NCBI GenBank assembly: GCA_965235115.1
Contig: OZ249439.1
Span: 18,476,001-18,540,000, forward strand
DNA length: 64,000 nucleotides
Direction of reading: 5' to 3'
Origin: Laetmonice hystrix
Lineage: Eukaryota
The notes under the pieces were generated by a model. It did no database searches, was not told the origin of the DNA, and saw only the letters and a list, made by a program, of their open reading frames with translations. Shown here piece by piece: positions 53,401 through 64,000 of the stretch (positions are counted from its first letter, which is position 1; every line of letters begins with the position of its first letter). The translations under genes were made by a program, and so were the position numbers.

Positions 53401-56400
53401 TAACAAAACGATTTTTCAGATTAATAATGCGGTATTCTTGTTTATTTGCTCAACCACCAAGTATCTGCAGCACGGCGCTGTCAACCATCACTTAGCCATT
53501 TAGATTAATGACGAGATTACGTCAAATCACGAGGCCACACGTGTCCGTCGGGCAGCCCTCAGGACGACAGGGCAACCCTTTGACTCACGTTACGGGCAAC
53601 AAAAGGTCCACAAAGAATAACGCACACAGGAAAGCCAGGGAAATTCACATAATTTTTTTTCCACTGGAACCTCCTCTTCAATTCATGACACATGACCCCG
53701 ATGAACTATACCCCGCACGAGGACCAAGAACAATTACATTTAACACAGCTCTGTTCCAATGGTTGGCCTACATTGGACCCGAGCATGAAGTGTTTTAGAC
53801 GAGACAAAGCCCCCAAACGCCGTCAAAAGGCCCGGAGCCGTATCCACAGGACGTCCCCAACATCCCCGCCATCGATGTTTCTGGGCAAGCATCCTTGCAG
53901 CTGCTGTAGCAGCCCCTGAGACCAGCAGCGGGTCTCGTCTTAAGAGGCTTTTGCTCAGCAGGCCTTCATCGTAGAGGCAGAGGTGTGTATTCTATGGGGC
54001 ACAGCTGACATAGAAAAAGCAGCTTCCTCCCTGCACCCCACCCTCTTCACACTCTTCACAAATGTTCTGATTCAGGCTCGGCCAGCGGCACACGTGCTGG
54101 GTCATTCAATTGGATCTAGGTTTTTGGCTGCGATGCCCTTGGTTCAGCTGAAAATGTGTCCATTAGACTTGCCTGAAAGCAATTGCTCTGGTAGCTTGCT
54201 TTCAGAGTGCGTCAAATTTGCTGGCTATTGCCTAAGTCTTAAAGGAAACTAGACACGCGACGTTCAAAGGTAAAAGGCTGATGCCCTTAGAAAGGCATGA
54301 ATCAAATATAGCCAAGTATACAATATTTCGTCGATTTGTCCAGACGTGTGCATGATAGCAGATGTTTCCGTAACTAAATCTGAACCAGTCTGTGCAATAC
54401 GAGCTTCACATTCTATGGCCATATATTCGACATTCGTGGATCACGGTCGGTTGTAGAAGAAGCAGGTGGATGTAATTATTTCACGATAAGGTCTCGCCAC
54501 AGGAATTGGGAAGAGAATGTAAGACAAGACTTAGAAGATGTCCCTATCACGTTTCAGTGTGATACGACAAGTACTTGTTGGATTTCTCAACGACGATTTA
54601 ACAGTTGTACGATGTATTTTGCGAGACTTTGCCAGCCGACTAGTACGAATAGTAAGCTGTAGGCAGTGCATTCCTATAACAACGTCTGCAATAGCTATAA
54701 AAATAGGATCAGCTGTAAAAAAAATTATCCGTGAAGCAAAGATGAAGTAATCATCAACATCTATTCAGTGTTAAATACCGAGTTGTACCATGACCAGAGA
54801 GATGCAGGAGTCAGTCGCCCATAACAACATAGCTCAGCTATGTCCTACTGTCAGTGGTATCTTTTTTAGAATCAGATAAAAGAGAACTGCGTCAACTGCG
54901 AAGTTAGCGACGTGTCAGTCATCCACTGATGGTATTGGTTCCATACCATCCTTCATTGACCTTACTGCTTGCCAGCTGGCGACCTCTACGTTCCCACGCG
55001 TGGCCGGTCAGCCGGCCGTATTGACCTGTGGGTGCAGGTAGGGCAGGGTGTCTCGCTTCCTGTTCCATGGTGTGTTCTTTAATCGGTTCCGTACGGGTCA
55101 GCGGGCCTGGCGGCGTGGTCAGGGTTCAGTCGGGCTGGTTACTCTCACTGTCTCCATTGTCATTGTCACAGTTTGATCTTCACTTCGATCGTGTCTGGGG
55201 TCATTGCTATCAGATCACTGTCCCACCCACTCCTCCCTCCTGGCCTCTGACACGTTCACGGCCCAATTAATAATGGTCCTCATCTATTGTCCATTCAGTA
55301 TCCGCTTGAACGTCACTTTCTTTATACTGACGCATACTTGAGTTGAGTAAATAGGCTGAGTCTGTGCCGGACGTGAATAATATCGAGATATCTCAGGTTC
55401 GATTATTACCAATAATTATATCGATGTGGTCTTGTCATTTTTTCTCCTAGCAACGCAGATGGGCACACAACCCCCATGCCGACTCGTCACCACAAAAATG
55501 TGCAGTGTTTTTTTTATTGCGTCTGGTTGCTATGGGAATTCCATGGGTTGCATGTTGTGTCTTTCGATGTGTGTTCATCGAATTGGCAGTGAGAATAGGC
55601 GGCTGGGATGCGGCCTGCTGTACCCGCGGGATTGATGTACATTGAGTCTCGTCTATAAGTCTACGTGATCCTCGCCTGTTTGTTGGCCTGATCAGATTAG
55701 GGGTGCTAACGAACGTTAAGGAATACCCGACGTCGATCACAGCCTTGTGGTGGCAGTCTCCACCGCAGTCTCCCTCCCAATATGCATCACCAATTGATTT
55801 ATTCCCGTTCGGAACCCCAGATTTAGCAGGCCGACGAACATCTGCTCGGGTATTTTTGCAGCACCGTTTGGCCATTGTGGCGCCCACTGGGGACACGTCC
55901 CGGTTCATTGTCACCGGGTAAGGTTGGGTGAGTGGCCGGCGAGCGCACATGTCCGTCTGTGTCTGATTGTGGAACCTCGTACCTCGACTGTCCCGGAGTG
56001 TGGGGGTCTACGGTTCATCATACAACAAGGTAGGTGGCTGTCAGTTGTTCAGGCTTCCATAGTGTCTGTGTGTTACTGTTAGAGCGAAGTCCATTGACTT
56101 TCTGCTCCAACTACCGTTAGCCAGACCAGGGCAGGCTACTACTGACCGAGGGTGGGTGGACTACATAACTGTCAGTACTCACAATGGTCACCGTGCCTTG
56201 ACAGCACCGAGAGCATATGGCATCGAGATGTCGCATTGAACCAACATGAAAACCCATCATGATCCTTAATGAGCTGTGAACATGTTTATTCAGAGCGATG
56301 AGTGAACCTGTCAATTGTGTCACTTTATCCACTCGACACTTTCACCTGTCATGCATTGCTGATAATCCGATATTAGCTGGCAGAGACAAGTGATACTGGC

Positions 56401-56759
56401 TTCCCGCTTTGACCATATGCAATATCTATCCGCAGACCTCCATTTAAAGAGTGCTGTTTGATTTTCTTCAAGCATTGATCTCAACCGATACATGATCTAG
56501 CCACATGAATATTTCATATTGAGAAGTTGGCTGTGACTTAGTCTGCAGCAGATGGAAGAGCTAATCATAATACCAAAAATATAGATGGTGTAGGCGACAT
56601 TCAACAGATGTTAGTTCATTCCCATGGGGTAGATACCGCAATCTATGTTATATTTCATGGTGTTGTAGATATATACCAGTAGTTCCATTAGGTATATTGG
56701 CTTATCTCTACTCGACATTTGGATTGGGTTTGTTTTTCAGGACTAAAACAGGGTATTGA

Positions 56760-56916
56760 CTAGGAGAATATAATCAAGAAGTCGTATATTTCCATCAATA
56801 TCTGCAGGTGTATGTAGAAATTTCATTATCAATAGATAGGCAAAGAACACGCCCGACGACACTTCTGAGATGTATGCCTTTATAATCAAACTCAAAGCTT
56901 GCGTATTGCTCGACAA
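56760..56916 (+). pseudogene. Possible decayed TPR-repeat fragment
   Basis: LGEYNQEVVYFHQYLQV, then after a +1 frameshift QSLRIARQ*, resembling TTC28-type TPR units (LGDYxxAIxYHxQxLxIARE). Confidence 0.12.
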
Positions 56917-57607
56917 TAAAATAAGATGATTACATTATTCGAACTGTATGTACTCTGAGGACACATTGACTGTTTTGATGAGCGGTTAATACATCTGTAT
57001 TACAGTTATACCAAACAATACGTCAACAGAAGGACGCCTGTAGAAATCATCCTCACAGGGAGATGTTTCATCTGATAAGGTCTCCAGTAACAGGAAGGAC
57101 CGCTTGACCGGGTATCAGGAAAGATTTATGTTATTTTCAGAAACAGTGCTCCTCTACAATAATTGAGTTAAAGAAGGGATGGACGCGGACTGTCATGATT
57201 AATGAGAGGGCTCCCGCCTCCCATTTTACTGTCCTAGTAAAAAGAGATGTATCAGAGCAAGTGTAGTGCAAACAAAAGGACTCAAATGGCCCCCTGCGAC
57301 TAGACTTGTGGGTTTGGGCACTCACACTGACCATTACTAGGCGCAGAACAGCGTAACGTGAGACCGGAGAGAAAAATGGAGAGAGGGCACCATGCTGACC
57401 CCTGGCCATTACCTGTAATTTGGGGTGGGAAGGTCACCCCCCTGATGATAGGTTATTGTTGAGGTGAGGGTGATGTTAATGGGCCGGTGTCGTGGTGGGT
57501 ATGTGTCGGTGTACTATAGCTGTGGGCGCTGCCCGACCAGAGGCCAGGTGAGCCCTGCCACTGTCACAGGAGAGGAGTCCAGTTCTTGTCACGCAACCAG
57601 CCTGCCT

Positions 57608-57659
57608 CCCCCCCCCCCCACCTGGATGGCGACAGGACGAAATGGTGACCCCCCCCCCC
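57608..57659. repeat. Paired C12 and C11 homopolymers (G-rich minus strand)
   Basis: C runs at 57608-57619 and 57649-57659. The second is flanked by the inverted pair GGTGA / TCACC. Confidence 0.85.
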
Positions 57660-60600
57660 TCACCGACCTCCTACCTATCTACATGTTGGTAGCTCCTCGG
57701 TCCATGGCTGACAACAGTTGAATATATAGTCTCGGACTCAGGACTCAGGAAGTAGCCTGGACCAGCCAGATCCACTCTGACCGTTAAAGGTGTCTCTAAA
57801 TGTAAAGATCCTGTTTCATATCTACAGCAGCCTGCCATCCACATACGGTATTGTTAGCGGACGGTAAATCAGCCAGGAAAGCAGAGTAACTGTTTAGGTA
57901 TATAGTATTATTCCACCACAACATTGCATGCAGAGAAAAACTAGTTTTCGTCTTCAGTTCAATAGGACTCACCTGAAGTTATGGCACATTCGCATGACAG
58001 GCAAACTTGACAGCAATGTGATTTTCTCGTTTGGTAATCAATATGCTGTTTAATCATTTACGTTCTCGCCCAATTCAGGCATGCACTCGTGATAATTGTA
58101 TACCATTAAGAGCGAAGGCCTATAGAGTTGTTATGCTGGAGGTGGTTATTTTGTATGTCATGCTGCGTGGCTGGCCACCATGAATTTCTCTCTGCCAGTA
58201 ACGGCAGTGGATTTTGACATGGTGAAATAAAAATAGTAGAAAAAAGATAAATTAGCGCGGTACATGTTCAATAAGCAACACGATCTCGGGACACTGTCAC
58301 TCACACAGACAATCTTATTTGTCAGGACCCTGGTTTGGAAGTGAAATTAGACCTCCAAGCCATACTACCGCCTTTTTTAAAGCTGCCGTGTCGGCTACTG
58401 TCAGTGATTGGAAGATTAGATGACAATCCATCAGTGATCGACCACATGCTCGCGTCATTAGCAGGAAAGTCTTGAACCTGATCCAAGATTACCAGCCTTC
58501 CCATGCCCTGAGGTGCTAAGATTTTCCTGGCAAGAAAGTTTCTTGGAATGGGATAATGATGTATGATGTGGGCTCATGGAAGTGACAACTTATGATGAAG
58601 CAGACTGTAGAGTGCATCATATCGACGATTGTAATGAGAATCGTGTAGGTAACTAGCTCCGTGTAAGTGGTTACATTAACTATCTACCACTGGGACTACT
58701 GTCTGGGCTTACTGTCGGCAGGTTTTATAAACGAGAAGGCGATAAATACGAGAAAGTCGTCAATGATCATGTGCTCACCACCCACGCATTTCAAAATCGA
58801 GTCTGTAAGGGACGTGAGATCATGGTGTCAAGACGATCATATGAATCATAGACACGCCGGCTATATGTGCAAGTAGTTATAAGTGTAAATGGACCATGAA
58901 CCTGGCCCTCTACGTTTATATTAACAATTATCATTCTGTGTGGCGATAGCAATTAGAAACAAGATATTGTTCTATTTTTATTCCTTTTCCTATGTCTAAG
59001 ACTAACATTTTGCAAAGGTCAATAAGGTTTAAAGGTGTTTAGTTATGGATTTTTGAAATCCCATAATTTCGCAAAACCACAATATTGTTTCTTTTGTTTT
59101 CCGCACAGATAATATTATAGTGAAATAAACTCTAATTACCAAAAATTAATCAAAACATGAGAAAGTAATGCGAGGCATTATGGAGTGTGCGCAGCAACGA
59201 TGGCTTTTGGGTCCATTTAAACAAAATTGTACCCGTCTCGAAATTCTGGTCTCTATTACAGTTGATGGGCAGTAAAGGGGAAGATAAGTTAGATGGGTTG
59301 TTGACCCTTGACATTTTTATATCCTTCACTATATTGCAGTATTTAACCTGGGAGTAATTGCCCCCAAGGAATTCAACCTTTTACTGGGGTCAAACAGGAC
59401 GTTTTCAAGTTTTAAGTTCCTGGTACATCATCCATCAGGACACGGTTTCGCACAGCACACCGAAGATACGTTGTATATTGACCTATACTAAAGGCATTAA
59501 GTGGATTGGAAACAAAACTGTCAAGAGAATATTCTTGTAAATTGTTGTACATACAGAATACTTATGTATTTGGGGCGGCGTGTTTTGTGTGACCGGCGCC
59601 TGGCCAATATTTTACCCTGATTGTCCAGTGAAAGTCCCGACCTTGAGGGGGCTCAGCTGGTCGCCATTCTGCAGGAGGCTGTGACCAGTGACTGTATCTG
59701 CCGACGTTTACCTGAACTACACCTGTGATCAGGACCCGGCCAGGCGGGGGAGGATGGAGAGGATGGAGAGGGGACGGTCACCCGGCACATCTCAAGGACA
59801 CGTGACACAGACATGGCCGCCCTCAGAGGGGAGAGCAAGCCGGAGAGACCGCTGCCAGCGGGTCTCCACGGGTTTTACTGTTAGCCAGGGGCGAGGTGGC
59901 CAGCTGCGGCCCTACGACTGACTGCACCGACAGCTGGCCACACAGTGTGCTGCCAGCATGTGGCGACAAAGCCACATTTCATACCAGAACTCAAATTAAA
60001 GGCGTCTTGGCTGCTTTTGCATGTCGACCTTTTCTACAAAGTTTGGAAATTCAAAGCTATCGTAGCAAGAGCATGAACTCACGAAATCCGAAAGGTTGTG
60101 CATGATATAAATTCACGTTAATCTTTGTAGCAACGTTAAAACTGAAAACACATCTAGGTTGCAGAGTGTGATGTAAACGCAACTGATGGCTTTGTTATTC
60201 TTTGTAAAAGCTTAATAACAAACTTCTTGTTTGGGAGGCCTAATTAGATAGCACTCTTTATGTGCTACTTGAAGCGATGTTCGTGTTACTCAAGATGTGG
60301 CAGTAGAACAGACTTGTTTATTGATGTAAATTAAGACCCAACAATTCTGTCAAAGTAGGTCCGCGGAATATTGGAGTATTTAACAAGGGCCCTGGGCAAG
60401 AAAACAGAGAGATACTGCAGTGTAGGTGGTTCTGTAGACATTGCGCGCTGAGTGGGAGTAACCTGGGCTGCCTGTGGTGTGGCGGCCAGGACAAAGCCAT
60501 CACCTGACACACCCCAAGCCCTCATTTAGCCCCTGTGATCCGTCACGCCCCATACACCCCTTTCTCCCCCATAAAGACACCGGGAGAAATTACATGGCCG

Positions 60601-61481
60601 ACTGGGGCCACCCCGTACACGGCAGTGGGCCTGGTCAGGGGTCAGGCTGACGTCTGGCGCCAGCGACCGACTGTCCGCCTCAGCCTGTCCACCCAACCAT
60701 ACATACCGGTGTAGTAATGGAGGACGACAGCTTCTGTCACCTCGACATGGCAACATCATGAGGATCTTTTCACGTGATTACATACATTGAAGATGTTAAC
60801 CATCTACATTGATGTGATATCTGCATAACATCAGTGAGCCTTGTATGAAGACTTGTTGCCACTCGAGAGTAGCTCCCTCATCTGCTTGGATAGCAGTGGT
60901 ACCGAGTAGGGCAGTATACCATCACGGCAGGACAGCACCGTCAAGTGCGGTCGAGTACGGCAGAGATTACGCTAACCGACGAAGGCCATCAACGTGCTGG
61001 TGAGTGGCACTAAACGAATCGTCATTGAGGCTATATTTACAAAGGAAAGGTGTATCCTTTGTTATTACTCCGCCATGATGGCCCTAATGCATGCATTCCT
61101 CTAAGCAACCGGTAGAGCTGGAGCGAACGTATGCCAACTCCAGTCTGACTGTCACCATGTGCCGTATCGACCCGTCTCCGGCACATAAGTCTAGACGTAT
61201 CTTCTGTAAACTTTTCATCAGGAAAACTCTGTTCCACACTCATGTCTGCGACAGAGACAAGTCATGATTTCCTGTTTGTTTTCATCATATATCACAAAAA
61301 ACCTATACATTCTAGCTTCCCTTACATGCACTTAGAGGTATACCAAGTCTTCTACCAGTATTGTTGAGAAAGAAAAGCATGAGGTTGTTCTTCGCGACCT
61401 TGCATGTTGCCTCCGACTTACTGAAGAAGATTCCATATATAAAAGTATTGGTTTGCCCTTTGTGTTGTTAATGTCTCTTGC

Positions 61482-61808
61482 ATGCCGAAGGTCCACCATG
61501 TTTTCCGCTCACTCGATCTACGAGTAGCCTATTGCTCAGGTGGTATTTATGATGCCGAGTTCAAGGGCGAGGTTCAGGTGCGCTGCTCTTATAGACATGC
61601 CTTCAAAGCACGCTCTATTCTCTTAGCTTGTAAGCAGTGTACAATGGCTGCATGTGAGTCACCACTGATTGTGGCGGTGAACATAGACAGACAATTATTC
61701 ATCTTCCGTATTCAAGATCACATCAGTGTGGTGGATATCGTGGAAATTCACAGTGGAAAGCCCAGCTGTGGTTATGCATTGCTGATGAAGGATGTCTTTG
61801 AGAGGTGA
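61482..61808 (+). pseudogene. 108-codon ORF with dUTPase motif-3-like segment (unconfirmed)
   Basis: GIYDAEFKGEVQV (61542-61580) resembles dUTPase GVIDxDYRGEVxV, with an RS 15 codons upstream. Motifs 1, 4 and 5 are not clearly present. Confidence 0.12.
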
Positions 61809-62834
61809 GATGAGTAATGCACACAGTGTGGTGCCTCGAGGGGCAGGCTTAGGGTCCCGTGCCATGTGTGTGCTTGATGAAATGACCAGGTGAGATAATG
61901 TGACATGTGATAGGTGTGTGCATCCATGATCACAGGTAAATGATAGCGCTCACTTGAGAACATCACACGAGTTTGTGCATGATGAAGCACAGGCAAGAAC
62001 ACTGGCACTGTCGCGCTTTGTGCAGTTTGTATTTCAGACCAGTCAGGCCTTGAAACTAACTAGCTGGGTATTTCGTTCGCTATGGTTTTTTATTCAGGAG
62101 AAACGAAGCCTTAGTGGCAAAATAAGTATGCCAAACCATACCGGTACATTGATTTTGCCACACTGGTGCGTCAAAATTGACATAAAACAATATATTCTGA
62201 CCAAACAGCACACTCATGAAATTGTACAGAGGCATACTTCACTCACCGATTCAGTGGCTGTACGAAATACCCCAGGAAACAAGCAAGTAGCAGATTGTAA
62301 GGTAGCAATTTTTAATTTGCTGAACATATTATTTTAAAATAATTGACCGTTACCCTGAACGGAGTTTAGTTCATTCTTGCCAAAATTTTCTTTCTGTTTG
62401 TAACAATCTAGTTAAAATTTCCAGTAATAGTTTTACTATGCCTATGGAGTGGATACTTTAGAGGCATAGGATATGTGATTTGGCGAATGAAAACTATGCT
62501 AAGGATGTTAGAATTTGTTTTTTTGTGAAAGTACAACGTAGTTGAGTTACCAATGAATTGATGTAACACTAGGAGGGTAGATAAATGATGCATGTTGTTT
62601 GGATGGCTGAAAGGTCAAGAGAGAGACACACATGTATCCGCCTGCCAGAGTAGGCCCAGTAAATGAGACAAGTATGTAGTGTTAATTTGATGGGCGGGTG
62701 TTGCCAAGTGGGCCGGGGTGAGACAGGAGCAACCTATTACTGCCACACAGTTCCAAATTTTTCACCCCTTAATGACAACGGTCCCACCATTATACTGACA
62801 GACGGCCAGCATAGCGAATAGTGCGGGTAGTTAC

Positions 62835-63014
62835 CTTCAGTGTGATAGTGGCGAGTATGTTCTCAGAGTCGTGACGACTCGGTCGTTTGGGGAGTCCTCG
62901 TCAGAGTACAACTGTCTCCGCGAGTAGATCCCCCCGTCCTGGCAGTAGAATGACGGTAGTGAAGGAAGCGTACCAGTAGAGGTGTAGTGTTCAAAGATCA
63001 GGTCGCCTTGAGTG
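62835..63014 (-). other. Candidate 180-nt exon with coding-like codon bias
   Basis: Minus ATTCAG|...GAAG|GTAACT. Frame TQGDLIFEHYTSTGTLPSLPSFYCQDGGIYSRRQLYSDEDSPNDRVVTTLRTYSPLSH ends in TGA. All Tyr are TAC and all Asp are GAC. Pyrimidine tract is weak. Confidence 0.2.
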
Positions 63015-64000
63015 CTGAATCAGTTCGCCCAGTTAATATTTCATAGGACTTTAGTTGAAAGGTGTGTAAATAAGTAAGTGCTTCTACAACTGCCTTGCCA
63101 CGCTTTCTTGGCGTAGCACTCTGTGACAGTGGCATGCCAACCAGTACAGGCTCGATTGAAACACCCAACTTGGTTGATGTCGTAGCAGGTTGTAAGTAAA
63201 AGGATAGAGAGATCAGGAATCAAAATATAATACTGCACGTTTCGTCATATAGAATATAATAATAATAAATGGATATTTTGGGATGCGAGTGAGGTGCAGA
63301 GGTGAGGATTAGGTGATACAGCAGGATTGCGCTTGACATCCAGTCCAAATATATTGGCTTCATAAACACTCTCCGGGATTTATTACTCGTGGATGAAAAA
63401 AATGAGTGATTGTCAACAAGAGTTGGCAATCATCCACATACATGTACAGTATGTAGGTAATGAACATCACCGAGTATTATACAGTAGAAATAAAAACAAA
63501 GTTTACATTGTATTTGATTTAACTATATCAGCTCGGACCATGATGATGGATTGAGTTTGATTTGTAAGAGGTAGGCGTGTAAAGTGTTCAAATCGTGGTA
63601 CAATCTCAGTAAGGTCAGAAGTCGAGGACTTGTGTTGGAACACGTAATGGATCTTTTACCATGACAGAAAGCCGATGATACCAACTCTTCCATTCACAGA
63701 CATAGGTCAGTGGTTCGGCACTGATTGGGCCATTAATGGGAGTATAATCCACTGTATACGGTTCTCCTGATTGGTATTCTACTGACAGGGACGGCGCTCA
63801 CTAATGTAGTACTTGAATGCCAGCTATCTGTCCAGGCCATGTGGTATGCTCGGCTATTAAGCCAACAGGATAGGCATTATATACAGTTATCCAGTAAAGC
63901 CAGTCGGAACTTAGGAAGGTCCAACAATGATGTTTTCTGCATAGCACCGGCATCCCATTAAGGTCGAGTGGGACTTTAAAAGCATCGAGAATGGGAAATG

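Noticed and set aside
55447-55950. 167-aa minus ORF and overlapping 222-nt plus-strand exon-like segment (55696-55917)
   Set aside because: No recognisable homology in either frame. Explained by local GC richness.
60898-60999. Ig-like peptide WYRVGQ...EITLTDEG before a CTG|GTGAGT donor
   Set aside because: Lacks the YxC following DEG and has no adjacent Ig-type exons.

Overview
This window looks like eukaryotic, most likely animal, nuclear DNA that is essentially non-coding: either intergenic or one or more very large introns. GC is roughly 40-45% by eye, with short GC/CpG-rich patches alternating with AT-rich blocks. Mosaic CpG depletion, TACATGTA words and few long microsatellites fit a non-vertebrate genome such as a lancelet or echinoderm, but this is inference only. 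There is one 150-nt assembly gap (32282-32431). No ORF exceeds 185 codons and none matches a protein family I can confidently recognise, so no CDS or gene symbol is called. I found no rRNA, tRNA, CRISPR array or intact transposon. Directly visible structure: a degenerate ~40-bp minisatellite bracketed by a 21-bp direct repeat (13881-14098), a 12-bp perfect hairpin (7977-8008), a pre-miRNA-shaped hairpin next to a T/G tail (8562-8696), small simple repeats, several short segments with canonical GT-AG splice signals on both strands, and repeated nuclear-receptor-type motifs. A few weak protein-motif echoes (LINE RT, dUTPase, TPR) may be decayed remnants or chance. I did not find a convincing novel system; the findings are leads, mostly low confidence.
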